DNA from: a virus
Lineage: Duplodnaviria > Caudoviricetes
Reading direction: 5' to 3' (one strand)
DNA length: 53,838 nt
IMG/VR virus record: IMGVR_UViG_3300025425_000025
Coordinates: 1 to 53,838 of that record
The notes under the pieces were generated by a model that worked only from the letters and a program-made list of their open reading frames with translations, made no database searches and was not told the origin of the DNA. Positions 1-8,925 of the stretch are shown here, piece by piece (the first letter of the stretch is position 1; every line of letters starts with the position of its first letter). A program made the position numbers and the translations under genes.

Positions 1-405
1 CGTCACACAAAGAATGTTCTAGATGTGTGGGAAGATGGTTTTAAGCAAATCGCTAAGTATGCTGATTCTAAGGCAAGCGAAGAACAAACTAAGCTTCTAG
101 AAGCCGTTAATTACCGGATTGTTGATATAGATAAGACGGTAACTAATGAAAGTGAGGCTGATAGGGATTTGCGCCGGTCAAAAGAGGCTAGTGCATTCCT
201 TACCTCTAAGCTGGCATTGCCAGTAGTATCCAAGAAGCTGGTTGAAAGTATCAAATCTAGCTTCATTGTTGCTGAAAAGCGCCCGATTGATAGTTTGTTT
301 GATTGCGTTACAGCAGTAACGGAACATGCAAAGACTATTAAGTTTCAAGATGAACGGATTAAGTTGGAAACTGCGGGTGGTAAGCTTATGCGGTTGATCA
401 ACTAG
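1..405 (+). CDS. hypothetical protein, probably 5'-truncated by window edge
   Basis: Frame is open from base 1 to TAG at 403-405; no recognisable motif. Confidence 0.6.
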   Translation, partial: RHTKNVLDVWEDGFKQIAKYADSKASEEQTKLLEAVNYRIVDIDKTVTNESEADRDLRRSKEASAFLTSKLALPVVSKKLVESIKSSFIVAEKRPIDSLFDCVTAVTEHAKTIKFQDERIKLETAGGKLMRLIN

Positions 406-688
406 AGGTCATACATTCTAAGTCTAGGCGGGGTAATTCTTGCCTAGGCTTATTGAGTATGACGATAAAATTAAAATACATGATTAGCTCACCCTAATAA
501 TGGGCTAACTACAAGTCATGTATCCCTAGCTAACGAGGTTTAAAAGCTAAGTTATACAAGCTTAGTCGTTTGTTAGCGTACTCGACTTAATTCCAAACCA
601 TTTAGGAGAATGGTAAAATGAAACTAACAAAACCGCAACAGAACGCATTGTTGAAGGTCTTTAACCGGCATGATAGGAGAGTTTCAAT

Positions 689-865
689 ATGAAGTATGAA
701 ATCCGTGATGGTAAAGGCGAGGCTGTAGATACCACCATGATCGAAGATCAAGCTATTGAGAAGGTCAAAGCGCTTAAGGTGGCCACTCCTAAGGCTGATT
801 TCATGGTTGTCCAACTGGTGCCAGTGTATGACACTTCTAACCCACCTGTTGAAATTGAGTTTTGA
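689..865 (+). CDS. small hypothetical protein (58 aa, MKYEIRDGKGEAVD...)
   Basis: AGGAG RBS upstream of ATG 689; below ORF-track cutoff; read manually. Confidence 0.6.
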   Translation: MKYEIRDGKGEAVDTTMIEDQAIEKVKALKVATPKADFMVVQLVPVYDTSNPPVEIEF

Positions 866-1194
866 TAAAAGGCAAAGGTCTTTTCTGTTGATGAAATATG
901 AGTGTAAATAAGATGAATTATGATCTTAGACAGTACATAGCGTTTAACATTATAGGAGGTATTATAATCCTAGCCCTATTCGGACTAGCGTATCTAAGTT
1001 AGCTAATATTTAGGGGATTGTGAGTTAATGAAAGGGGAGAGTATGAAAACACCGGTCAGAACTGCCATAATTTTTTGTATAGTTGTGTCTGTCTTGTTAT
1101 ATGTCTTTCTTGCAATGTATTAATTAGTTTCTACGCGCAGGTAGGAAAAGGCAAATTGACGCGCGTAACGGTAAAATTAACCAAGGAGAAAGAA

Positions 1195-1509
1195 ATGTTT
1201 AGCTACAAAACAAAAGAGCTAATTCCTGATTTCACTAATCGGCTTATTGCTTTTGTTAAGACTAAAAACCCTAAGGAAGAATACCATTCACTTAATCTTA
1301 CGGAATGTGCCTTAGGCCAGTTCGTGGCCACATATGGATATGTTGGCCAGTCCACTTTTTTTATGGATAAAACTAAGCAGTACGTGCAATATTATAACAC
1401 TACTCTATACCATACTGTACTTGGTTACAGTCCTGTTGATCCTGATACGTATAAGGTTAGTACTCATACATTTGGTGATCTTGCTAAGAGGTTAGAATTG
1501 GTATACTAA
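1195..1509 (+). CDS. hypothetical early protein
   Basis: AAGGAG RBS before ATG 1195 (track start 1075 is too far upstream). Confidence 0.65.
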   Translation: MFSYKTKELIPDFTNRLIAFVKTKNPKEEYHSLNLTECALGQFVATYGYVGQSTFFMDKTKQYVQYYNTTLYHTVLGYSPVDPDTYKVSTHTFGDLAKRLELVY

Positions 1510-1584
1510 TCCCTCTATTAATCATTCTATAGGGAGCTTGAAATATAGCTCTCTATATTGGGATTAATACAAAAGGAGTATCCC

Positions 1585-1992
1585 ATGAAGAAAGTTAGAC
1601 GAGAGTTAGTTAATTGGGCTAAACGCAATAACATTGATTTAGTTATTGAGCAACGCTCTAAACATTGCCTTCTTGACGTGTCAAGCAGCCTTGTTGTTAC
1701 GGTGAATTATCTTTTGAAGGATATGTATAATTTCGATTATACCTCATATGACACCTTGTCAGATGCATTTGACGGCTTTGCAGCGATAGGGGCTGCTATT
1801 ATCGCTCTTGAAACTGAGGTAAAGAAGAATAATAAGTATACAGTAGACGATGAACAGTATGTACATCTTGCTGTTGATCTAATGTCTGGTATTGGGTATT
1901 TTGTGTTTATGGAGCACTTGTCAGAGTTCTTTTCTTATGCACAACAAAAGGCAAGAGAGGCTTATACTGATTCTCTACTTCTGCTCAGCTAG
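1585..1992 (+). CDS. hypothetical early protein
   Basis: AAGGAG RBS before ATG 1585. Confidence 0.65.
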   Translation: MKKVRRELVNWAKRNNIDLVIEQRSKHCLLDVSSSLVVTVNYLLKDMYNFDYTSYDTLSDAFDGFAAIGAAIIALETEVKKNNKYTVDDEQYVHLAVDLMSGIGYFVFMEHLSEFFSYAQQKAREAYTDSLLLLS

Positions 1993-2107
1993 GTTAAACT
2001 TACTGGCAGGATCAATTAACTTTGGTCTTGCTACTTGGTTTAACAAAGGAGAAAACCAAAATGTATGACTATGTTATTTTAGGCCCTATTGGGGCGTATG
2101 GTGAGCG

Positions 2108-2135
2108 TTGACACCATCCAACCAGCATGTATGAT
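2108..2135 (+). promoter_or_regulatory. sigma70-type promoter of GC-rich moron
   Basis: TTGACA 2108-2113, TATGAT 2130-2135, followed by GGAGG RBS and ATG 2161. Confidence 0.7.
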
Positions 2136-2160
2136 GGGGACATCGAAACAGGAGGACGAC

Positions 2161-2448
2161 ATGACCAACCGCACCACATTCCAGATTGGCCGCACCCACA
2201 AATTCTCTGCCAACGTCACCAGCCAAATCACTTGGTCAGATACCAAGTCCATCGCAGGCGTTAAGGCCTGGGCTCGCGACGAAGCGACCGGCCACTATGT
2301 CCGCGTATTCGAAACTGGCCCCACCGAGTGGGTCGATAACGAGCCGCAGGCTTGGTCAACGGGCAACTTTGAGACTGTTGCCGATGCCCAGCGGTGGGCG
2401 AGCGCTGCCTACCATTGGATCAATAAGAACCGGAGGGCGGCGGCGTGA
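2161..2448 (+). CDS. hypothetical protein on a GC-rich inserted segment (moron)
   Basis: GGAGG RBS; C/G-ending codons unlike flanks; GC hairpin at 3' end. Confidence 0.75.
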   Translation: MTNRTTFQIGRTHKFSANVTSQITWSDTKSIAGVKAWARDEATGHYVRVFETGPTEWVDNEPQAWSTGNFETVADAQRWASAAYHWINKNRRAAA

Positions 2449-2479
2449 GCCCCTCTTCCTTCACCGAGGCAACTAGACT

Positions 2480-2674
2480 ATGATAAAGATTGTAAAGAAC
2501 ACTATCGTAGTCGGTGACATTGTTATTATTACTGATACTGACAATGAAGGTGAGGTACTTGCGATAGAGGATCAACCTAATAAGTTTGATTATATGTGCA
2601 AACATGCTTATGTAATGTTTGAAGATAATTCAGACTGGATTGAATTAACAAACTTGGAGTTAGTGGATGGATAA
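2480..2674 (+). CDS. small hypothetical protein (SH3/KOW-like 'VGDIV' start)
   Basis: GAGG RBS, 64-aa ORF. Confidence 0.55.
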   Translation: MIKIVKNTIVVGDIVIITDTDNEGEVLAIEDQPNKFDYMCKHAYVMFEDNSDWIELTNLELVDG

Positions 2675-2680
2675 GAAAAG

Positions 2681-3016
2681 ATGGACAGTTACGATTGCAT
2701 GTGTATTTTTATCGGAGCTTCACCTAGAACGCTTTGGCTTGAAGAGACTTTAAATCTGTCTAGTAATAAATATATTCTTACTGGATTTGATTTGTTACAG
2801 GATCAAATGTTCTGCTCAGCTAATGGCATAGCGAAGGAAAGCCCCATAGATGGCTCAGGAACGCCGATTATACCTCTCCCCTATGAGACTAGCCTGTCAG
2901 GCGTGTTTGCTGCTGGTGACGTGCGTAGCGGCTCTACAAAGCGTGTTGCGGTTGCGGCTGGTGAAGGTGCCGGGGCGTTGCAGAATGTTCATAAATATCT
3001 AAGTGGATTGGAATAA
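2681..3016 (+). pseudogene. internally deleted thioredoxin reductase (TrxB-like FAD oxidoreductase), C-terminal part
   Basis: IFIGASP...ETSLSGVFAAGDVRSGSTKRVAVAAGEG matches the TrxB C-terminal FAD-binding segment; GxGxxG, CxxC and NADPH domain absent. Confidence 0.75.
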
Positions 3017-3180
3017 TGAAAAGAGAAACAAAAGCTATAGTTCAAGATTATGCAACTACGGACGTTCTACCTGAATTTGTAGAAAGTGTCAGGAAACGTA
3101 CTATTAAAGAAGCAGTACATAAAGGAACCCATAACTTTGAAACGTTTTATGGTGATCCAGAGGATTATAAATCCAAATAA
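3016..3180 (+). CDS. small hypothetical protein (54 aa)
   Basis: ATG overlaps previous TAA (TAATG); read manually. Confidence 0.5.
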   Translation: MKRETKAIVQDYATTDVLPEFVESVRKRTIKEAVHKGTHNFETFYGDPEDYKSK

Positions 3181-3204
3181 TTAAACTACCTACTAGGCAA
3201 AATT

Positions 3205-3246
3205 AAACCCCGCTAAGGATTGATTTCCAAAGCGGGGCTTTTTTTC
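3205..3246. terminator. intrinsic terminator between convergent units
   Basis: CCCCGCT/AGCGGGG stem, T-run on right, short A-run on left. Confidence 0.8.
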
Positions 3247-3259
3247 GTCTTAAATTTGA

Positions 3260-3505
3260 TTAGAGGCAGCGATCACCGCTAGGCGTGTTATGGACAGTTT
3301 CAGGCAGGACACACACAAGAGGGGCACTCTTCCGCGACGTGCTACCGTTCCAATTCTTCAACGCATCACAGTAACCCTGCGGGGAAGTACCGTCAATACA
3401 GCCCTGCGGGATATGAGTACCAGCAGCAGACACAAGGCCAGCAGTACCAAACAGCATACCAGCAGCGAGAGCAAGAGAAATAATCTTATACATAATATTT
3501 TCCAT
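3260..3505 (-). CDS. small secreted Cys-containing protein
   Basis: Signal-peptide-like N-terminus (MYKIISLALAAGMLFGTAGLVSA), four Cys. Confidence 0.6.
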   Translation of the reverse strand: MENIMYKIISLALAAGMLFGTAGLVSAAGTHIPQGCIDGTSPQGYCDALKNWNGSTSRKSAPLVCVLPETVHNTPSGDRCL

Positions 3506-3583
3506 TTCATGTTATGCCCGTTAAAGTTTAATTACATTCTGCTGGGCTACACAGTAATGTAAGTTGGTTTGATTAGTTTTTAG

Positions 3584-3937
3584 TTACTTCTTTGCGGTCT
3601 TAACCTCAGACTTAACTTCCTCAAGAACAGGATCAGCTTCAGACTTAACTTCAGTAGTGATAGGATCAGCCAGACGCCAAATCTGGATTACCTTAGTGCC
3701 ATCCTGTTCAACAGTCCGAGACCCAAACTTACTAGGTGCGCGGGTCTTACTACCACGAGAGAATGCAGTAGCAGATGCACGAGCTTTAATACCACTAGCA
3801 TCATTGGGGAAATCACGATGATCGCCAACTTCAAATTCGTCCCAGTTATGCTTAACAGCAACAGCACGAGACTTAATGGTATCAGGGATATCTGAAATAG
3901 TTCCCTTAACAATACCCTGAAACTTAGGAACAGACAT
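3584..3937 (-). CDS. conserved phage protein (DUF7303-like, putative DNA-binding)
   Basis: W/F-D-x-FEVGD...KFGSRT...IQIWR pattern; GGAG RBS; own promoter. Confidence 0.6.
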   Translation of the reverse strand: MSVPKFQGIVKGTISDIPDTIKSRAVAVKHNWDEFEVGDHRDFPNDASGIKARASATAFSRGSKTRAPSKFGSRTVEQDGTKVIQIWRLADPITTEVKSEADPVLEEVKSEVKTAKK

Positions 3938-3990
3938 TTTATTTACTCCGGTTTGTTGGTTTCAAATTTGCTCTTTCGTGAGCATAGATG

Positions 3991-4020
3991 ACATATAGCC
4001 AATGGTTAGGAACCTGTCAA
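3991..4020 (-). promoter_or_regulatory. sigma70-type promoter
   Basis: TTGACA (4020-4015), 17-nt spacer, TATATG on - strand. Confidence 0.6.
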
Positions 4021-4126
4021 GCGCTATTTTGGCATGTTCGCCATTATGGATATGAGCCAGCCCCAAACGACGAAAAAACCCACAATCTTGTATAGGGGGA
4101 TCATTTGACGCTTTCAAAATAATAGT

Positions 4127-4465
4127 CTAGTTATGTCTCCAACCATTAACATGAGCCATTTCATGTTTTAATATACAGGCATTAGCTTTTGAGTTGCCAG
4201 TATCATACAACATAATTAGGGTTTTACCTGTTACTCCACTTTTATAGAAGCAACCATATGCCACATGAGTAACTGGTATTTTACAGAATATTCTAACTCT
4301 TTCCTTATCCTTAGTAAGTACTAGTTCATCTGGCCATTGAGATATATTAGTAACAAATTCATCAGGTGGCACACTAAATGAACAAGGATCAAAGTCTAAT
4401 TCTTGACTAAAGCTAATTGAAGTACTAGCTAATAGTAGTGCTACAGTACACAATATCTTATTCAT
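4127..4465 (-). CDS. secreted HExxH metallopeptidase-like protein
   Basis: Signal peptide MNKILCTVALLLASTSISFS; C-terminal ILKHEMAH. Confidence 0.6.
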   Translation of the reverse strand: MNKILCTVALLLASTSISFSQELDFDPCSFSVPPDEFVTNISQWPDELVLTKDKERVRIFCKIPVTHVAYGCFYKSGVTGKTLIMLYDTGNSKANACILKHEMAHVNGWRHN

Positions 4466-4491
4466 CTAGGTAACTCCGGTTCAATGGGTGT

Positions 4492-4520
4492 AGTGTATGG
4501 GCCTTCTGTACCCATGTCAA
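4492..4520 (-). promoter_or_regulatory. sigma70-type promoter
   Basis: TTGACA (4520-4515), 17 nt, TACACT (4497-4492). Confidence 0.65.
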
Positions 4521-4617
4521 GGAAAAACATAACTATTCTATATCTATCTGTTTTTTATTAACTAGTCTATCGTATTTCTTACGGTCACGAACTATTCTCT
4601 TTCTGAATACTGGGTCT

Positions 4618-4902
4618 TTAAGTTTGCTTGCTATCGGGTTTCTTTTCTTTATTGTTCTTTTCATAATCCTGCCATGCAACTAACTTACCGTCTACTATAG
4701 TAGAGAAGAAGAAGATAACATTCTCTTTGTTATGTCCATGCTTAACTACATAGTCAAATATCCACGTAGGTTCTGCTTGGTTATTATAACACTCATTACA
4801 TGTTGGGTAACATGCAGATATCAATGATGACGTTATAATTGATTTAGCCATTCTATCGTGACATACTCCGCAAGGCAGATTTACACAAACTCCACAAGCC
4901 AT
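4618..4902 (-). CDS. Cys-rich hypothetical protein (putative Zn-binding)
   Basis: CGVC..CGVC..C..CNEC; RBS just downstream of thyX stop. Confidence 0.55.
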   Translation of the reverse strand: MACGVCVNLPCGVCHDRMAKSIITSSLISACYPTCNECYNNQAEPTWIFDYVVKHGHNKENVIFFFSTIVDGKLVAWQDYEKNNKEKKPDSKQT

Positions 4903-4906
4903 CTTT

Positions 4907-5605
4907 CTATTCCTTTAAAGCGTTCCAACTATTCGATAACTCTGATAATGACCCAATTTCATTATCCCACTGTTTTGCTAGAAATTGAATTTCTTTTTGT
5001 GCGTGTCCATGTACTCTCTGCTTATAGGCTCTACCCCAAGCTGCAAGGGAGCCAGTAACATAATATGAAGTAAACATAGACTGCGGTAGCATCATTCTAG
5101 CTTGTTCTGGTGCAACATCATTAGCTAACATAGTTTTGTACAGCTTTGTTGCTGAATCTATAAACTCATCATATTCATCATCTATATAGCTATGATTTAA
5201 TATGCGTTCATCATCCGAGCCCTGTTTCTTATCTTGTGAGCGTTTTCTCCAAAAGTCTGGATAATAGAAAACAGGATCATCATCTACATATCGTCGGCTA
5301 ATTTCATTATATGTGAAACCAACCATATGTTTAAATCGCTGTCTAGCAACAAAGATAGGAACTGTCTCTCTCATTTGAATCTGAACATGGCTAAATGGAG
5401 TCCAGTGTCCATTTTTTGCTAGATACTTAATAAGCTTTTTATCTTTATCTGATAATACATAAGATACACTATTATTGTGTATAATATCATCTTCTATTGT
5501 AGTATCCCAAATTGCCTCCCATTCGCTTTCCTTATCAAAGCTTACTCTAGCACTGTTAACAACAGTTAAGTCTGATCCCATATAATCAATTAAGTCTGCC
5601 CGCAT
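4907..5605 (-). CDS. thyX: FAD-dependent thymidylate synthase
   Basis: VNSARVSF, HWTPF, RQRFKH...YNEISRRY, PEQARMMLP, HAQKEI motifs; AAGGA RBS places start at 5605 (MRADLIDYMG). Confidence 0.93.
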   Translation of the reverse strand: MRADLIDYMGSDLTVVNSARVSFDKESEWEAIWDTTIEDDIIHNNSVSYVLSDKDKKLIKYLAKNGHWTPFSHVQIQMRETVPIFVARQRFKHMVGFTYNEISRRYVDDDPVFYYPDFWRKRSQDKKQGSDDERILNHSYIDDEYDEFIDSATKLYKTMLANDVAPEQARMMLPQSMFTSYYVTGSLAAWGRAYKQRVHGHAQKEIQFLAKQWDNEIGSLSELSNSWNALKE

Positions 5606-5644
5606 TATTTTCCTTATTTCCGGTTGAACTGGGTCTAGCCTGCC

Positions 5645-5710
5645 TTTATACCTGTCCCCACCAGAAAAGTCAATAGGGGATTGACAGGAGCCAGCCAATT
5701 GGGTTATAGA
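5645..5710. promoter_or_regulatory. back-to-back divergent sigma70 promoters (thyX leftward, integrase operon rightward)
   Basis: - strand TTGACT 5673-5668 / TATAAA 5650-5645; + strand TTGACA 5681-5686 / TTATAG near 5704. Confidence 0.65.
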
Positions 5711-5763
5711 GATTAAGGCGTTCCATATATGGGAGGCTGGGAACCCTAACAGGAGTTAAACAG

Positions 5764-5932
5764 ATGAAACAGCAAATTCTACAAGGTATTGTGGATAAGA
5801 ATATTGAGACATTCACATTTATTAAGTCCCTTGCTGATAAGTATGATAACAATTCTAAGCTTTCTACTTAGGGTGATTAGTCTACTATCTGAAAAAGCTA
5901 TTAATGAAATCAATAAGGAACTAAAGGGATGA
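5764..5932 (+). pseudogene. small frameshifted ORF upstream of integrase
   Basis: AGGAG RBS; MKQQILQG...KLST* continues in another frame as LRVISLLSEKAINEINKELKG*, ending in an ATGA overlap with int. Confidence 0.45.
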
Positions 5933-6780
5933 AACTATCAGCATTATTTGACTGGTATAGAGAAACTAGAGAATACAGAAAGCTTGCTACTAATAGTAAG
6001 ATTATGTATGAACAGATGATGCAACATGCTCTTACTAAGTTTATGTTTATGAACAAAGTAGAGCGCATTAATGAAAGAACTGCTGATGATTGGTATGACG
6101 AGTTAGTAGCTACTGGTAAGACTAATAAAGCAGTAGCCACAATGAAAGTACTAAGAAGAATCTGGAATGTTGCTAAGCGTAAGGGAGTTGTGGATAATAA
6201 TCCATTTGAAAAAATGGGGTTAGCTACTCCTGAACCTAGATCACAAGTATGGTCTAAAGACATAATTGAAATGTTTAGGTTAAGAGCACTAAAAGAAGGT
6301 AAGCATAATATATCACTACTAATTGATATGTCTTACAATCTTGGTCAACGGCCCGGTGATCTTATAAAGCTACCTGTAAAAGCCTATAATCAAAAAGATG
6401 AGTATGTTACTATTAAACAACAGAAAACAGGTACTACTGTTCAAATCCCTGTCTATTCACCTTTTAAGGAACGTCTTAAGAATGAGATGAATAATAGGAA
6501 TGTAAGACAATGGGGTACTTTCCTGCCTCAATATCACTACAGTCAATACAATAAAGATTATAGGCTAATTCGTGATCTATTGCTATTGCCTAATACTCTA
6601 CAACTGAGAGACATTAGAAGAACAGTACTAACTGAGATTCTAGAAACTGGTGCAAGTGATGCACAAGGACAGTCAATCAGTGGACACGTTGACCGGGATC
6701 AGCTAAACACCTATGGCCCGTATAATTTGGCTATGGCAAGGTCTGCAATGGAGAAAAGATTTGGAATATCAAAGGCTTAA
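5929..6780 (+). CDS. int: tyrosine recombinase / integrase
   Basis: Catalytic residues GQRPGD (R), QQKTG (K), RDIRRT, SGH, final Y; N-terminal core-binding helices. Confidence 0.88.
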   Translation: MKLSALFDWYRETREYRKLATNSKIMYEQMMQHALTKFMFMNKVERINERTADDWYDELVATGKTNKAVATMKVLRRIWNVAKRKGVVDNNPFEKMGLATPEPRSQVWSKDIIEMFRLRALKEGKHNISLLIDMSYNLGQRPGDLIKLPVKAYNQKDEYVTIKQQKTGTTVQIPVYSPFKERLKNEMNNRNVRQWGTFLPQYHYSQYNKDYRLIRDLLLLPNTLQLRDIRRTVLTEILETGASDAQGQSISGHVDRDQLNTYGPYNLAMARSAMEKRFGISKA

Positions 6781-6798
6781 CCAAATTAATTTTCCCTC

Positions 6799-6826
6799 TT
6801 GACAGATTAACTTTTGGGGGTATAAT
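6799..6826 (+). promoter_or_regulatory. consensus sigma70 promoter for replication operon
   Basis: TTGACA-16-TATAAT. Confidence 0.8.
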
Positions 6827-6890
6827 AGACCTGCGTTTAGCAGGCTTCTATCTACACTACCCCTCTAACCCTATAATAGAGAGATAAGAC

Positions 6891-7265
6891 ATGCTTCCTA
6901 CTATACTACACCCCAAATTTATCTTTAGAGGTCTAGATGACTACAATAAAGATAACATCTATATTATTAAAGAGGTATCATGGTTTAAAGACAGAACAAC
7001 TCCTACACCTATTAATAAGCTTTTAGCTTCAGTAGAAGCATTAGGTTTCATTCCTATTAATGAAGACTATGAGGCAAATGATAATACTTATGTTCATCAA
7101 GTAGCAGTAATGAATCATCCTAGTACTGGTGAAATGCATATTGGAATTGTAGGAGGGCCAGACTTTGATGTAATTAAGGCCTTGTATGAACCATTGGATA
7201 AGATAATTGAAGAGAAGGCACAGTTTAAACTTAACGTTCATCCTGTACATATAACGGAGCAATGA
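6891..7265 (+). CDS. hypothetical protein
   Basis: 124-aa ORF downstream of promoter, overlaps next start. Confidence 0.6.
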   Translation: MLPTILHPKFIFRGLDDYNKDNIYIIKEVSWFKDRTTPTPINKLLASVEALGFIPINEDYEANDNTYVHQVAVMNHPSTGEMHIGIVGGPDFDVIKALYEPLDKIIEEKAQFKLNVHPVHITEQ

Positions 7266-7501
7266 AAATGGATAATTCATTTCCTAGAGAAATTACGGAA
7301 CAACAAGAAGATGGTACTTTTTATATAGTGTATGACCGGGAGTATGATGAAGTAAATTGGTATAGGGCTTATTTTAAGCGTTTTAATAAGGAATGGATTA
7401 CTACTAATACTGGTGATGTTATCCATCCTACTCATTATGTCAATATATCCTACTCATTATGTCAATATAATGTGGTAATTAGACATGACATAACAATCTA
7501 G
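7262..7501 (+). CDS. hypothetical protein; 3' end altered by a 22-nt tandem duplication
   Basis: ATCCTACTCATTATGTCAATAT twice in tandem at 7425-7468. Confidence 0.5.
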   Translation: MKMDNSFPREITEQQEDGTFYIVYDREYDEVNWYRAYFKRFNKEWITTNTGDVIHPTHYVNISYSLCQYNVVIRHDITI

Positions 7502-7648
7502 AGAGTTTGTTTATCCTAATGGTAAGAATATATTCGTTGTGTATTCCAAAGAGTTCGGATTACTTAAACTAGAAGATGAGCACCATAATGAAATTGTAAT
7601 GCAAAAGCATACATTTGAAGATATTGTTCAATGGATTAAGGATAGTAG

Positions 7649-8461
7649 ATGAGCTATAATGAGCAATTAACTACAGTTAGAAAACTTAAAGTCCATGACG
7701 GGGAATCATCTAGGTTTAACTGTCCATTTTGTAATGGATGGAATACATTAGGTGTGAGTAAAATAAATGGAGTCTTAGAATGGCATTGTTTTAAGTCTTC
7801 CTGTGTTGCTCATGGTATATCTGAGGACGGTATGTCAATTGCCGGGATGAGGGAAAAACTTACTTCAAAGGAATATAATAAACTCGACGCGCCTGTTAGT
7901 GGAAAACCAATACCAGAATTTCTTACAGTAGTTAGGTCAAACGAAGAAGTCTTAGATTATTTGAAATCAGTAAATTCATATCTATCTTATGAGAATAAAC
8001 TGGTTGATATTAAGTTTTCACCTTCTGAAAATAGGGTAATGTTCCCAATACGAGACTCAAGGACTAAAAACGGTCCCATAATTGGATACTCTGGCCGTAG
8101 ACTAGGCCATTATGGGGCTAAATGGGTAAAATATGGTGATCTTAGCTCATTTTTCGCTTGCGGAGTCGGTCCAGTTGGTGTATTAGTGGAGGATGCCCCT
8201 TCAGCCTGTGCGGTTGGCATCATTCCAGACTATACCGGAATCTCATTATTGGGGACAAATTTAACAGATAACTACAAACGTAGGATTATTGACAACTTCA
8301 ATGAGGTAATCATATGCCTCGACCCTGATGCAAATATGAAAGCATTAGATATATCACGTAAACTATCAGGAACCATAAAAACTAATGTAATCTTCATCCC
8401 TGATGATCTTAAATACTATACACCAGAGAAAATAAAGGAACTATTAAATGGAAAAGATTGA
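7649..8461 (+). CDS. DNA primase (Zn finger + TOPRIM)
   Basis: CPFC...HCFKSSC zinc finger; VLVED and CLDPDA TOPRIM motifs. Confidence 0.88.
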   Translation: MSYNEQLTTVRKLKVHDGESSRFNCPFCNGWNTLGVSKINGVLEWHCFKSSCVAHGISEDGMSIAGMREKLTSKEYNKLDAPVSGKPIPEFLTVVRSNEEVLDYLKSVNSYLSYENKLVDIKFSPSENRVMFPIRDSRTKNGPIIGYSGRRLGHYGAKWVKYGDLSSFFACGVGPVGVLVEDAPSACAVGIIPDYTGISLLGTNLTDNYKRRIIDNFNEVIICLDPDANMKALDISRKLSGTIKTNVIFIPDDLKYYTPEKIKELLNGKD

Positions 8462-8771
8462 TATCCCTAACATTAAGTTTAATGAAGATGTTGATGCCGC
8501 TGTATTTAGTGACAATAAGCATCCTAACGACTTGTATGTTGTATATGGAACTGGCTACCATAGTGATGTTGATGAATACGATAGGGCTATGATGTCATAT
8601 ACTATGCGTGAACTTATCTCTGATGCAGAAGAAACTCTTGATTTTACCTTCACTGGTGATTTTAAGAGTTTTGCAGCAGAGCATCCGTTTACGGCGGATA
8701 AGGCAGAATATTCTAGCAATATTTTTAAAGCTCTTACTGGCGTATTTGTTGCCGCAACTAAGATCAACTAA
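8448..8771 (+). CDS. hypothetical protein
   Basis: AAGGA RBS, overlap with primase stop. Confidence 0.6.
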   Translation: MEKIDIPNIKFNEDVDAAVFSDNKHPNDLYVVYGTGYHSDVDEYDRAMMSYTMRELISDAEETLDFTFTGDFKSFAAEHPFTADKAEYSSNIFKALTGVFVAATKIN

Positions 8772-8775
8772 GATC

Positions 8776-8925
8776 ATGGTAATCAGATCAACTAGCTATG
8801 ATTTAGCAGAGTATGACTTGTATTCTGATTATGCAGATCAGGTTATTTCAAAGAAAGAGTTTGAAGAAAAACTAAAGGCTCTTAAAGAGAAATACGAAAA
8901 CTTAGAAATGAGTAATAAGAAATGA
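8776..8925 (+). CDS. small hypothetical protein (49 aa)
   Basis: ATG 8776; ATGA overlap with next gene. Confidence 0.5.
   Translation: MVIRSTSYDLAEYDLYSDYADQVISKKEFEEKLKALKEKYENLEMSNKK

Noticed and set aside
6781-6890. attP site next to integrase
   Set aside because: Only a promoter and a short hairpin seen; no tRNA-3'-like core or arm repeats identifiable without a host genome
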